This document shows, in pieces, positions 24,328-34,820 of a stretch of 64,000 nt of DNA. The stretch is taken from positions 179,670-243,669 of the IMG/VR virus record IMGVR_UViG_3300005289_000052; one strand, given 5' to 3'. The translations under genes and the position numbers were made by a program. The first letter of the stretch is position 1, and every line of letters begins with the position of its first letter. The notes beneath the pieces were generated by a model. The model ran no database searches. It was not told where the DNA came from and was given only the letters and a program-made list of their open reading frames with translations.

Positions 24328-25077
24328 ATGTCATATCAAGAAGGTAAGGGTAGTACATTTACACACGATGGAGTCGAGTATCCACTGGACCCATTCTTGG
24401 CTCGTGCTCAGAAACTCAAGGTCAAGCAACTGCGGATCAACGACATCAAGTGGAATCTGGATGGGATGACTCTGGATGCTGAACGTGTTCGTCGTGCTGA
24501 CACCAGCGTTCCGATCCTGTTCACGGTAGATCCTCAATGGGGTATCGTCATTGTTGATGGTACTCATCGCCTAGCCAAGGCTGTACAGCAAGGAAAGTAC
24601 TCGATCTCAGGTCGGGAAATCCCAAAAGCATGGTTTGACGAAATCGGGTCGGTGTCCATGGAATCGGATAACACCAACTTCACAGTAGGACAGGTGACTC
24701 GTGAACAAGTCTTTGAATGGCTCGCCCAACATGACCAAGCCAGACCTGAGCCCCCTAATGAATCAGCTTTTGCCGCTGAAGGTGCTGGGATTGATCGAGT
24801 CTACGCCTTCTGCTGGGACGGTGCCGAAATCGCAGGCTATGCGTGCCTACTCAACGGTCAACGATATCTTATCGACATGTACGTGTGTCCCCAGTATCGA
24901 CGTAAGGGTGTAGGTCGTTTGTTGGTCAACTCGTTGCTCATTGATCTGGTGGTGGTGAAGTCTTATCAGACAGCCATCATTGAGTTCCTAGAGAAATGTG
25001 GGTTCCGCTTAGAGAACGACTTCGTAAGAACCCGAATCTACCGTAAGTACCACGGACCTAAGGTACACGCTTACTGA
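24328..25077 (+). CDS. ParB/Srx-like domain fused to GNAT acetyltransferase
   Basis: PIL...VIVDGTHRLAKA; DMYVCPQYRRKGVGRLL (acetyl-CoA motif) and FLEKCGF; probable start ATG 24328. Confidence 0.8.
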   Translation: MSYQEGKGSTFTHDGVEYPLDPFLARAQKLKVKQLRINDIKWNLDGMTLDAERVRRADTSVPILFTVDPQWGIVIVDGTHRLAKAVQQGKYSISGREIPKAWFDEIGSVSMESDNTNFTVGQVTREQVFEWLAQHDQARPEPPNESAFAAEGAGIDRVYAFCWDGAEIAGYACLLNGQRYLIDMYVCPQYRRKGVGRLLVNSLLIDLVVVKSYQTAIIEFLEKCGFRLENDFVRTRIYRKYHGPKVHAY

Positions 25078-25116
25078 CGGCATAGAGGCTCCCGTGTGGG
25101 AGCCTCGTTATGCGCT

Positions 25117-25452
25117 TTACACGTGACGGCGGAACTTGTACCAGTTTGGATCGTGTACAATGTTCTCGTGGCCCTGTTTGTAGAGCACGAACTTGCCGAC
25201 GCTGGTGAAAACCTCGGTGCAATTGTATTTGTCCTGAATCTCCCAGGAAACCAAACGGGTTTCGTCCAGATACTGCGCAGGTAGCGACGCAGCATGTTGT
25301 CTTGCGTACTCCTGAATGGCTCCAATCATTTTCAGCTTGATAGGGTCCAACAGGCTAGCTTGGTCCAGGTCCCGACTGATGCAACGCCCCACACGTCCAG
25401 TCAAGTCCTCGATTAACTTTTTAAAACGAACTGTGTGTAGTTGTTCGGACAT
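25117..25452 (-). CDS. Hypothetical protein (111 aa)
   Basis: ORF track; followed by terminator at 25076-25115. Confidence 0.65.
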   Translation of the reverse strand: MSEQLHTVRFKKLIEDLTGRVGRCISRDLDQASLLDPIKLKMIGAIQEYARQHAASLPAQYLDETRLVSWEIQDKYNCTEVFTSVGKFVLYKQGHENIVHDPNWYKFRRHV

Positions 25453-25855
25453 TTCTAAGTTCTTCTGAGGGTAAGTGTTGGTTACTACATAGCCATAGCT
25501 TACTCTCTGTAAGTATTTATCCTAACCTTTTGAAATTTCCGGGAATTTTTTTAGTTTTTGTTTTTTCTCTCTTAGGGTCGCCAGTTGCACTAGTGGTCTT
25601 GTTGTACTCGCGTACAGACCACAGGTGCCTGCTCCCTAGGCTTAAGGTTCCCTCGCGGGAACAAAAGCCAGAATAGCATACGGAGTAGGCTATGCTACGC
25701 AGCCACTCACAAAGCAATATTGTTAAGCTTCGCTTTTGTTCTATTAAACCCCCCAAACCCCCCTTGACCTTCATTTCAAAACATCAACTATACTCGCAAA
25801 AGATAAGCTAGCTTAATTATCCAAATATTGCAACAGGGGGACGAACCCCCTGCAT

Positions 25856-26260
25856 TCAAAGATAGAAGTAGTCAGTAGTGTCCTTTTGAACAAAATGGAT
25901 AACGACTTGATGAACCAAAGCCTTGAAGACATCAGGTTCAACCACAAACAACTCAGTCCCCACTTGAACATAGAAACGACTGTACTCCAACCGTCTAAGT
26001 TGATGACCTACCTCAGACGTACAAAGATAATGGTTAGGTCTAACCTTGATATCGTCTTTGTAGTTGACTAACGGTAAGTGGTCATAGATAAACAGCCTCA
26101 CCTTAGGCTGTCCTTCTCTTTCATCAGTTCCCAACTCACGTACCGCAACGAAAGCATCCACACGGGCCTCTAGGAGGCTCTCTAACGAACGTACGCTACT
26201 TGCGAGTACACATCCTAGGATCTGAGCTAACGTGGTATCTACCGCTATTGCCTGCCCCAT
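25856..26260 (-). CDS. Hypothetical protein
   Basis: ORF track; likely start ATG 26260 after terminator. Confidence 0.55.
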   Translation of the reverse strand: MGQAIAVDTTLAQILGCVLASSVRSLESLLEARVDAFVAVRELGTDEREGQPKVRLFIYDHLPLVNYKDDIKVRPNHYLCTSEVGHQLRRLEYSRFYVQVGTELFVVEPDVFKALVHQVVIHFVQKDTTDYFYL

Positions 26261-26303
26261 ACTAACCCCCTGCATAAAAGGGAGCCGAAGCTCCCTTGAA
26301 TGG

Positions 26304-26798
26304 TTAGACCGCACACGCTACGAATAACGCAGCATCTTCCAGACTGGCCACAACGACTGCACCGGAGTCAGAACATTGGGTCAGTAACTTCGAACGTTCA
26401 GCGTTAACCGGACGGCCAACGACGATGGCGTTCTCAGGTTCTTCGATTGCACCAGCTACGCGACGCTGCTCGAACGCGGAAGTACCGGGTTCTTCAGGCA
26501 GCACGAAGATACGAGTAGCAGTTGCCAGGGCCTTCACAGTGTCGACGACGGCCTGTTCTTGTAGCTGGATGGTTTCCAGGGAAGGAGAGTTGGAGGTGTC
26601 GACGTTCCATACTTTCACTTCCTTGTGGCATTCCATCATGATGGCTTCCCACTCACCAGAACCGATGTCGCCGTGGATCACCACGTTACGTTCGTTCTGA
26701 ATCCCGTCCACATCCGCCTGCTCATCGATAGGAGCTGCGTTGTTTTCAGGAGCCTCATCTGCTTCGTCCGACGGATCGAAGTATTCACCAAGAGACAT
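26304..26798 (-). CDS. Degenerate nucleoside 2-deoxyribosyltransferase-like fold protein with acidic N-terminus
   Basis: AAGGAG RBS; VVIHG...W...WN...IFVL...G.VVVASLED pattern. Confidence 0.45.
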   Translation of the reverse strand: MSLGEYFDPSDEADEAPENNAAPIDEQADVDGIQNERNVVIHGDIGSGEWEAIMMECHKEVKVWNVDTSNSPSLETIQLQEQAVVDTVKALATATRIFVLPEEPGTSAFEQRRVAGAIEEPENAIVVGRPVNAERSKLLTQCSDSGAVVVASLEDAALFVACAV

Positions 26799-26875
26799 AT
26801 AAAGCTCCTTTTGCAGTTTGGTCTCATAAGATCGCAAAAAAAAGAGGGAGTGTGACCTCCCTTCTTTTTGCCGCG

Positions 26876-27526
26876 TCAAACGCGTTGCCGCAAGATAGCC
26901 TTCTCACGAGCCACCTGGATGAACAGCCCGTTCTTCGAGCCATCCTTGTTTCCGGTGATTGTGAGCAGGTCTACTTTCATGTGTGCGATCTCGACACGCT
27001 TTACGTTTTCTTCGTTCAGCGTACCGTCCTTATTGAGCAAGCAGTTGTGGATGCGAAGACCCAGCAAGCGCAGCTCGTCAATCTGTGGTTGAGCTTCTTT
27101 CGGATAACCTTCGAGCAAACACACGTGCTCATAGAAGATTGCGAAGTGACGGATTAAATCACCCACTGGATCTTTTACTATGGTCGTTGGATCTGGCATG
27201 GTACGGTTTCCTACATTGTTCCACCGGTCACGCACCTCCTGAAGGGCAGCTCGGAGATTGTCTTCTCCAAGTTGCTCAATCATGTACTTCGTCATCCCTG
27301 AGATAACACTCTCACGAGTGAAGGTAACACCGGGGTTCTCTTGCAGGTACTGCTCGAGGAAAGTAGGAGGGCGAGGTTCATAGTCATTACCAACCTCCAT
27401 ACCTTTTAACGCAGCCGGATCATCACCGGTAAAACTTGGAGCTGGAATACCCCATTGTGGAGTATCCATGATGGAACTGAAGTCACACGGGATTTCGTCT
27501 TCTGAGACGTTAGTTTCTTGGCGCAC
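26876..27526 (-). CDS. Hypothetical protein (216 aa)
   Basis: ORF track; GAGG RBS; flanked by terminators. Confidence 0.7.
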   Translation of the reverse strand: MRQETNVSEDEIPCDFSSIMDTPQWGIPAPSFTGDDPAALKGMEVGNDYEPRPPTFLEQYLQENPGVTFTRESVISGMTKYMIEQLGEDNLRAALQEVRDRWNNVGNRTMPDPTTIVKDPVGDLIRHFAIFYEHVCLLEGYPKEAQPQIDELRLLGLRIHNCLLNKDGTLNEENVKRVEIAHMKVDLLTITGNKDGSKNGLFIQVAREKAILRQRV

Positions 27527-27587
27527 GTGAGTAGCCTCTAGAGAAAAAAGAAAAGTCCCCAGGAGCCGAAGCTCCCAGGGTTATTGC

Positions 27588-28193
27588 TTACAGGGTGGAT
27601 TGACCGCCCTGCTGGGTGGACATGCTCAATGCGTTGAGCGCTTCAACCAGTGCTGGGTCAGCCACTTGGGAGAACGCGTCGCGCATATCTTCGTCGATGA
27701 GGGGTTCTGGTTGCTCGCCCACTTCAACTGCACCGCCGTCCATGCCGTGTGCGACGTTAGTAGGCATCCGATGGATACCGCCTTTGCGCCCACGAACGAT
27801 GGTGGCGAGTCGAGCCTTGACCATTTCTTCGACCTTGACTTTGAAACCAGGTTCGATCAGCTCTTTGGCTTCAGCGATGGTTTCGTAGTGCTTGCCTTTC
27901 TGATCGAGCTTTTCGGCTTCGTCGGTTTTACCGGCGCGGGTAGCCAACTCGAGTTGAATGGCCAGGTCGAACATTTTCTCAGCCATCTTTTCGACGGTGT
28001 AGGATTTCAGAAGGAACTCAGAAACCCGACGCTCGGCCGGACGGACGATTTCAGCTTCACGCATGGCCAGGATTTGATCGGCAGTGCGAACAGCCGGAAC
28101 TGGTGCAGGCTGAGGGTTGCTCAGTACAGCCAGAGACAAGGCGCTGAAAGTACGTGGGCCCATTTTTTCGGTAGTGGTGAAAGTATTGAACAT
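27588..28193 (-). CDS. Hypothetical early protein, helical (201 aa)
   Basis: AAGGAG RBS; high-expression codon bias. Confidence 0.8.
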   Translation of the reverse strand: MFNTFTTTEKMGPRTFSALSLAVLSNPQPAPVPAVRTADQILAMREAEIVRPAERRVSEFLLKSYTVEKMAEKMFDLAIQLELATRAGKTDEAEKLDQKGKHYETIAEAKELIEPGFKVKVEEMVKARLATIVRGRKGGIHRMPTNVAHGMDGGAVEVGEQPEPLIDEDMRDAFSQVADPALVEALNALSMSTQQGGQSTL

Positions 28194-28262
28194 GGTGACT
28201 CTCCTTAGAGCATTAGCTTAGGTGTGGACCACCCGGAATTGGATGGTCCGTTGGGGTTGGTA

Positions 28263-29069
28263 TTACTGTTGGGTGAGGAACGCGAAACCGGTGACATCAC
28301 CGTTATCGTCGGTCAGCGGCTTGGTGCCGAAGAACGCAACGAGTTCGTTATTACCGAGCAGCGCACCAACAGGTACGTTGTCGAACGAACCAGGCAGGTT
28401 GGTCATCAGGCGGCGCAGTTCATTGACGGTGAGCTGAGGAATTTCCAGCTCATCTTCCTTACCGTCTACACGAACCATATCCCACAGCACGTTACCGGAC
28501 ATGTCGCTGTAGCGAGAAGCCGCAGCGCGAGCCGATTGAGTGCGGGTATCGAGGTTGCCGCCGCAGGAGTAGGTGCTCAGTTGAGCATCGCCTTCTTCGG
28601 ACAGGCACAGTTCGTTCAGGCAGAAAATGGTGTTACCCATGATTGCTACCACACGCTCACGCTGACCTGGTTTGCCGAACTTGGCAACGTGAGTCAGTTG
28701 AGTGTGCGAACGACCGTTGTTGTGCAGGTCTTTGATCAGACCCTTTTGCTCGATGGCCGAGGCGATCAGCTTGTCGTTCTCGAGACCTTTCTTGCGGAAG
28801 ATGCGTTCAGCTTTGGTTTCCAGCGGCAGCCACAGATCAGCGATGGCTTGCTTGAAAGCATTACCAGCACCGAACGATTCGACGCACACTTGATCCAGCT
28901 CATTCACCCACGCGTTGTCGATGTTGCCATCTTCACGCATCAGGTAGATAATCGGGGTGCCGTCGATGCCAGCTACTACGGAGTGCTTGGTGTAAAGACC
29001 ATCTTTGCTGCGAGCGAACTCAACAACTTGATTGGTGATTACTTCAACGGCTTCTTTGGTGTATTTCAT
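28263..29069 (-). CDS. Hypothetical early protein
   Basis: AAGGA RBS before ATG 29069; early promoter upstream. Confidence 0.8.
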   Translation of the reverse strand: MKYTKEAVEVITNQVVEFARSKDGLYTKHSVVAGIDGTPIIYLMREDGNIDNAWVNELDQVCVESFGAGNAFKQAIADLWLPLETKAERIFRKKGLENDKLIASAIEQKGLIKDLHNNGRSHTQLTHVAKFGKPGQRERVVAIMGNTIFCLNELCLSEEGDAQLSTYSCGGNLDTRTQSARAAASRYSDMSGNVLWDMVRVDGKEDELEIPQLTVNELRRLMTNLPGSFDNVPVGALLGNNELVAFFGTKPLTDDNGDVTGFAFLTQQ

Positions 29070-29129
29070 TTTACTTTCCTTCTGAGGATAATTAGGTTGT
29101 CGAAAGGGATTTGGTATCCTATTCACTGT

Positions 29130-29148
29130 GGTAATATGTATCTGAGAT
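29130..29148 (-). promoter_or_regulatory. Early promoter
   Basis: ATCTCAGATACATATTACC. Confidence 0.75.
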
Positions 29149-29212
29149 TTCTTTATTTCGACTTTTCCCTTAGGCGTAATTTATGACTACAGTTACTCCT
29201 GAGGAAGGCGTC

Positions 29213-30439
29213 ATGGCCAGTACTATCAAAGGGGTCTTCAACGATGAACTCGGAGACCTCGAGCTTGACCCTAAGCTCGCAAAACGTTTGTCACATTTCA
29301 AGCACGCCTTTATCAACAAGAACGATGACCACATCAACTTCTTCGGTGGTAACCTTCTAGGCGTGGAGATTGTCCGTTACCTACAGGCTGACCGCGACCA
29401 ATGGTTCAGCGAGGTGTTGGATATCGACGACGTACTCCTGACCGAGAAGCTGTACGGTTTGGATGTCATCAACGAGGAGTTCAAACGGACTTCCGACGTA
29501 GTGAACCTGACCAGCGTTTGGTTACTGCACGCGCTTTATAACTCCAAGCGACTGACCGCTACGGAGAAAGAGAAAGCGATGGTCGATGTGGCGTACATGT
29601 TACAGGTGAAGTTCATCACCAGTATCTTTGCCCACTACTTCAAGTTCCCCGCGGATAAAGAGATTGCTCAAGCGGTCTACGAATCCTTAAGTTACAAGTT
29701 CGCTCTTAAACGAGCTGGTAGCTGGAACGCTTTGTTCATTGAACGTTCCAAGGACATCATTGCCCACAACAGCATTCACTTCAAGACCATCAAGGATTTC
29801 AACGACGACGAGGCGATCTTGTACATGATCACCGACATCCAAGGTCGTATCCGTGAAGTGGTTAAGAAGATGTACGCTGTACTGATTCAGATGCGCGATG
29901 ACAAGAACCGCATTACCAGTACCTCCAGTGTGTCTTTAACCACAGATGGGGAGATGATCCTCAAAGACCGTCAGCGTGGCTTCTCCACCTACAAGCGGTA
30001 TATCCACGAGATCATCCCAGACCGCACCACGTTTATTCGTGATGAGGTCGTGTCTGTTATTACAGACGCCATGCACACTATGTCACCAAAGCTGTTCCTG
30101 GACGTGTTGGAACATTGTAGCGCCAACTACGGCAAAGCAAACCACGCCGAGATTGGTGAGCTGTGTGACGAGACCTTGCTCCACGCCTTCGACTGGTTGT
30201 CGGCTAACAAAGCCTTGCTTCGTAACCAAGCGGACCTCGGTAAGTTGTTGACCCGACTGCGCTCGCTGTATATGGCATCGCGTATGGTTGACCCGACGCT
30301 ACTCAAGATGCGGGATCTGGCTGACAACATCGTTAACAAATCCAGTACCTCCAAGAACAAGGCCATGCAAGCATCTCTGCGAACTGGCCTGCAATTGTAC
30401 ATCGTGCTTCGGACGTTCACGATGAACTACTACTCCTGA
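29213..30439 (+). CDS. Conserved chimallivirus protein (phiKZ gp32-like)
   Basis: NKNDDHINFFGGNLLGV, KFALKRAGSW motifs; GAGG RBS. Confidence 0.7.
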   Translation: MASTIKGVFNDELGDLELDPKLAKRLSHFKHAFINKNDDHINFFGGNLLGVEIVRYLQADRDQWFSEVLDIDDVLLTEKLYGLDVINEEFKRTSDVVNLTSVWLLHALYNSKRLTATEKEKAMVDVAYMLQVKFITSIFAHYFKFPADKEIAQAVYESLSYKFALKRAGSWNALFIERSKDIIAHNSIHFKTIKDFNDDEAILYMITDIQGRIREVVKKMYAVLIQMRDDKNRITSTSSVSLTTDGEMILKDRQRGFSTYKRYIHEIIPDRTTFIRDEVVSVITDAMHTMSPKLFLDVLEHCSANYGKANHAEIGELCDETLLHAFDWLSANKALLRNQADLGKLLTRLRSLYMASRMVDPTLLKMRDLADNIVNKSSTSKNKAMQASLRTGLQLYIVLRTFTMNYYS

Positions 30440-30445
30440 GGCAAT

Positions 30446-30808
30446 ATGAAAAGACTCATCCCGCTCTTTAAAGCGTTAGGCACCCAGTTCAACTCGGAAC
30501 ATGTCGAGACGATCATGAAGGTTGAGCGCGCTCCTTTTGAGGGCGACTTGCGCAAGATCATCAAGTCGACTGAACAAGCCATCCGGGTCACCACTCGGAT
30601 TGAAAGCTGGGAGTTTCTGTGGTGGAGCGGGTATGAGGAAAAGTCGTGGGTGAACTACCATGTAGTCCATAACCTCAAGCTCGGTTACATGAATGGTCGA
30701 AACGTTTTGGCCTACAGTGACCGGACTGAGGGTACGATCGTCAACTACCACAAGCTGGCGAAATTGTACAGCGACTCGTTGAACTTGGTTTTCCAACAAG
30801 TTGGTTGA
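30446..30808 (+). CDS. Hypothetical protein (120 aa)
   Basis: GAGG RBS; ends at bidirectional terminator 30807-30846. Confidence 0.65.
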   Translation: MKRLIPLFKALGTQFNSEHVETIMKVERAPFEGDLRKIIKSTEQAIRVTTRIESWEFLWWSGYEEKSWVNYHVVHNLKLGYMNGRNVLAYSDRTEGTIVNYHKLAKLYSDSLNLVFQQVG

Positions 30809-30846
30809 CAGCATAAGGGGAGGGCCTGAGCCCTCCCTCTATGCCG

Positions 30847-33057
30847 TTATGCAGCCCGAGGCATTCCCCACGGTGAGGAAACCTGAGCCGGAGCACGCTT
30901 CTGACCCCAAGAGATGCCCTTGGAGAAGAAGTCGTTTTGTTGCACACGAGCCTGACGGTTGTTACGAACCATGCGCTCTTCCGAGGCACGTTTGATCAGG
31001 GCGTTCATGTTGTTCACTTCATCAGTGTCATCTTTGATACGTCCGCTCAAGAACCGCAGACGTGCTTCCAGACGAGCAATGGTGAAGGTGTCCTGTGCTT
31101 CCCCGAGGCGAACATAGAGGTCATCCAGTTCGGAACGGAAATCTTTCTGCACTTGACGATCTCGGACTTCTTGAGGAGTGAGTACTCGAGAGTTGTCACT
31201 CACCATCGACATCACAAGGCTGGTATCAATCCCGTAGAAGTCGAGGTTGGTCCCAAGCTGCAACATCCAGTTAGCCAACAGCCAAGCGATTACCGTATCG
31301 TCGTGACCTGAGGCTTCGTGGTCGATTCGTCCTCGCTTCACTACCAATGCTCGGATCTCGTTTGACAAGGCTTTGTCCCTGACGAGATGTCCTCCTTTCT
31401 TCGCGGCGTTCTGCAACACAGTGGAGTAAAGGATGTTCCGAGACTCGGAGGTGGTGTTGAAACCGAAGTACTTCTTGGTTGAGTCCATGAAGCTTTCGGA
31501 ACGAGCACCAGGCTTGGAGATCTCTTTGAACAGTTCTTGACGCTCGCTGGATTCTTCCACGATGCGGTTGAAGATCCGACGGTACGGGTCGATCCCGTGT
31601 TTCGGCAGAGTCAACAACAGGGAGTCCACGATCATTTGACCGGTAGACTTCTTCTCTGGGATCACGGTCATGTTCGGGTAGCGGACCATGATTTCTGCCA
31701 GAGCGTTGGAGAAGCGGATCAGGTTGGTTTCGTTCACAGTGAACGCACCGACCACCGACATGTCCTTGACCGACAGGATAACACCAGCGATAGCATCTCG
31801 ACCCACAGCTTCCGAGGTATCGAGACCCAGGATGAAGTGATCGGTAAGCTTGGCGTGTGCCAACTCGCGTTCGTCCAAGTACCAGCGGATGACGTACAGT
31901 TCTTTGGTGATCTCGGTGTGCTTGACTTCCACAACACTGTCGCGGATCTTTTCGTTGAGCGACGGAGTAAGTGGAGAACTCTGGGTACCAGATGTCCACA
32001 CGTTGAAGAAGTCACGGTCTGCCGCATCGCCGAAGGAACTGGCTTGAGACATTGCCTCGTACAGCCATTCGTCGGTGTAACCCAACTGACGGTGCGAGAA
32101 GGTGGCGTTGATAATAAGCTTACGTCCACCACAGTTACGACGAACCATTTCAACCAGCGATTCCCGATCGACGCAATCGAAGAACAGCTCGGTCCAAGTA
32201 GCACCGCCGATAATCATGTCGTACATGAAGCGACCGTCGCGGTCGTCTTTCTTACCTGCCGTTGTAGTGAAGATGTTACCGTACGGACGACCGTACTTCT
32301 TAGCTTCTTCACGAGCTGTGGTAGCAGCAGCCAGTGCCGCTGGCAGGGTGGTACCGATGTGACTAATGAACGGACCTTCGTCGATGTGAGCGATAGGTGC
32401 AGTGAGACCCCGACCCAGGTTGTTCGCAGCAGACTCGGAGGACTGAGCCACACCAGTGGTGTATTGGTTATCGTGGTACTTACAGGTAACTTCGAACTGG
32501 TTGTCGGAGTCTTCCCGTGTAAGCGGAACCAGGTACGCTGGCAACAGGTCACGCAGTTTCTTGATACGCTCAACGTTCTTCTTACGGAGGGTATCGTCCT
32601 TGGTGATCATGTTGATGATGGAGTTACCAGCACCGATGAACAGCAGCCAAAGCATGATGCAGTCAGTAGACACAGATTTACCGGTCTGACGTGGCTGGAT
32701 CAACGCGATGTCGATACTGTTTAAGAAAGCCCAGGTGGTTGCGATGTTACCACGGTTGGCTTTGTAGGGAATTGGGTTGGGACCTGCTACGGGCGGGATT
32801 CGAACAACCTCGCGCAGGAAGTACCACATGTTCCAGCGACACTCCAAACCGATGGCGACTTTAGTCTCTTCGGAAAGGATACCGCAGTGAGGATCTACCC
32901 CTTTGAGTTGAGGGTTGATGAGTGCCAGGGGGAAGAATCTATTCTTGACACCCATCTCGCCATACAAGGCTACGAGGCGTAAGAACGATTCATTCTTTGT
33001 TTCAAAGTCTGGGCGTGCCGTGGCATATCGCGTCCAGTCATTGTTGAATAGAATCAT
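30847..33057 (-). CDS. terL: Terminase large subunit
   Basis: Walker A PRQTGKS, Walker B AHIDEG, TTTAG, nuclease LGLDTS and GHDDTVIAW; start MILFNNDW at 33057. Confidence 0.93.
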   Translation of the reverse strand: MILFNNDWTRYATARPDFETKNESFLRLVALYGEMGVKNRFFPLALINPQLKGVDPHCGILSEETKVAIGLECRWNMWYFLREVVRIPPVAGPNPIPYKANRGNIATTWAFLNSIDIALIQPRQTGKSVSTDCIMLWLLFIGAGNSIINMITKDDTLRKKNVERIKKLRDLLPAYLVPLTREDSDNQFEVTCKYHDNQYTTGVAQSSESAANNLGRGLTAPIAHIDEGPFISHIGTTLPAALAAATTAREEAKKYGRPYGNIFTTTAGKKDDRDGRFMYDMIIGGATWTELFFDCVDRESLVEMVRRNCGGRKLIINATFSHRQLGYTDEWLYEAMSQASSFGDAADRDFFNVWTSGTQSSPLTPSLNEKIRDSVVEVKHTEITKELYVIRWYLDERELAHAKLTDHFILGLDTSEAVGRDAIAGVILSVKDMSVVGAFTVNETNLIRFSNALAEIMVRYPNMTVIPEKKSTGQMIVDSLLLTLPKHGIDPYRRIFNRIVEESSERQELFKEISKPGARSESFMDSTKKYFGFNTTSESRNILYSTVLQNAAKKGGHLVRDKALSNEIRALVVKRGRIDHEASGHDDTVIAWLLANWMLQLGTNLDFYGIDTSLVMSMVSDNSRVLTPQEVRDRQVQKDFRSELDDLYVRLGEAQDTFTIARLEARLRFLSGRIKDDTDEVNNMNALIKRASEERMVRNNRQARVQQNDFFSKGISWGQKRAPAQVSSPWGMPRAA

Positions 33058-33134
33058 AGTTGAAAGTCCAGGTATATGGGTCGTATACTCATAGACTAAG
33101 GGCATAAAGCCGGGGTTTCCCCCGGCTCCATGTT

Positions 33135-34817
33135 TTACAGGGCTTCGACTTGCAGCGTAACCATACCACCCATGCCCAGTTGGAGGTCGCCCTCTTGCTG
33201 GCGCTTGATGAAGCGGATGAACAACGATTCGCCGTTCTTCGGAACCGCTGGAACCTGAATCTCCGTGTTCCAACGATCGATTGGGTAGGCGTACTCCTTG
33301 TCCCCGATCATCAGTACGAAGTAGTTCGGCTCTGGCGCTTGTACTTCCGATTGAGTGTTGATCAAAGGTTGTGCGTTGTAGAACACGTCCTTGATCCACA
33401 GATCTTTGAGTACGTAACCAGAATCGATCTTGAGCTTCCAGTTGTTCACGTTAATGAACTTGGCACGAGCCCGCAGTCCTTTACCGTACAGCTCAGGTTG
33501 CCCTGGGTAGTACTCGACGTTCCAGCCATTGGACTCGGTGTTACCCGGAGCCAACAGTGCAATACCGATGGACTGTGCATGACGCCAGTTGCTGTACGAG
33601 CTGTCGACGTCTTGCATGTTGATACCAACCGACACACGCTGGATCGGACCGTAGGAGATCGGATCGAACGGGTTGGAGTTGATGTTGAACGTAACCTTGG
33701 AGGTAACGTCGTAGAACTCGGAACGGTTCAGGTTGAACAGGAACCAACGCAGACGATAACCCTGAGTGGCATCGACCCATTCCGGGAAGCAGAACAGCTT
33801 GACCGAGAACGCACCGTCCATACGCGTAGTGGTTGCCCAATACGGTTCCGACATGAACTTCTGCACGTTTGCCGAAGCACCGTACACGTATTCATCCGAG
33901 GACAGTTTGTACGACAGAACCAACTCGATCTTCTGGCCCACGATAGTACCGATGAAGTTGGACAACCCGTACAGGTTGAACTTGGTGCCGTCGATTGGGA
34001 AGAACTTGCGGGAACCATCGGAGTAGGTCACCACACCACGGGCGTTGATTGCATCCACCGGCATGTTGATAGCGAAACTCAACAGGCTGTCGTCGCCTTC
34101 GGTGAGGAATGGCGATTCCAGGTGGATACTGGTGATGAACTTCTTCGAGGCATCCGTGGTGCGGATGAACGCAGTGTTCATGACCAACAACTTGGTGATG
34201 GAGGTCACGTTACCCACGTCGTCGTACAGTACCGCAGTCACGACTTCGTTGTCAGGCAACTCTTGCAGGGTGTAACCAACCATCGGTGCTTTGACCGCGT
34301 AGTTGAGTGCACTGTCTACCCCAGTTGCAGACTTGGGAACCTGAACCAGTTCCAGCGGGATGTTCTCACCGAGCAGCGTACCGCCCTGGTCGTACATCGC
34401 CGAGATCACCTTCGACTCGTCACCGATGTCAGTGCCCAAGAAAACCTTGAGGCTGGTCACAGTGGTACCGTACACACGCAAGCGCGAGTCCAGAGCCAAG
34501 ATGTGAGGGCTGACAGAAGTGTCGAGGTAAGCACGGTAGGATTCGTTCTGATGCTCGTACCCTACACCCAACAGGATGTCGAGATCGGAGACGTCTTCGC
34601 CTTCCTTCGGTGCTTCGTATTTCTTGAGCTGGCTAAGACCAGTGAGCAGGTTTACCGCAACCACCTGCCACAGACCAGTTACCCAGTCCCAAACCTCGTC
34701 GTCCACGTTTGGTACGTAACGACCAGTGCCGGTAGGACCGGTATAGATTTCACTCTTGCGCCACCGACGGTGACCCCGGTTGGGATCAGAGATCGGGACG
34801 ATAAACGTATCGCTCAT
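33135..34817 (-). CDS. Virion structural protein (phiKZ gp26-like)
   Basis: Synteny between terminase and sheath; beta-rich. Confidence 0.75.
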   Translation of the reverse strand: MSDTFIVPISDPNRGHRRWRKSEIYTGPTGTGRYVPNVDDEVWDWVTGLWQVVAVNLLTGLSQLKKYEAPKEGEDVSDLDILLGVGYEHQNESYRAYLDTSVSPHILALDSRLRVYGTTVTSLKVFLGTDIGDESKVISAMYDQGGTLLGENIPLELVQVPKSATGVDSALNYAVKAPMVGYTLQELPDNEVVTAVLYDDVGNVTSITKLLVMNTAFIRTTDASKKFITSIHLESPFLTEGDDSLLSFAINMPVDAINARGVVTYSDGSRKFFPIDGTKFNLYGLSNFIGTIVGQKIELVLSYKLSSDEYVYGASANVQKFMSEPYWATTTRMDGAFSVKLFCFPEWVDATQGYRLRWFLFNLNRSEFYDVTSKVTFNINSNPFDPISYGPIQRVSVGINMQDVDSSYSNWRHAQSIGIALLAPGNTESNGWNVEYYPGQPELYGKGLRARAKFINVNNWKLKIDSGYVLKDLWIKDVFYNAQPLINTQSEVQAPEPNYFVLMIGDKEYAYPIDRWNTEIQVPAVPKNGESLFIRFIKRQQEGDLQLGMGGMVTLQVEAL

Positions 34818-34820
34818 GGC

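Noticed and set aside
33058-33399. N-terminal extensions in the ORF track (terminase 850 aa, also 9244, 22385, 24139, 38445 starts)
   Set aside because: They cross terminators, promoters or other genes; better RBS-supported starts lie downstream
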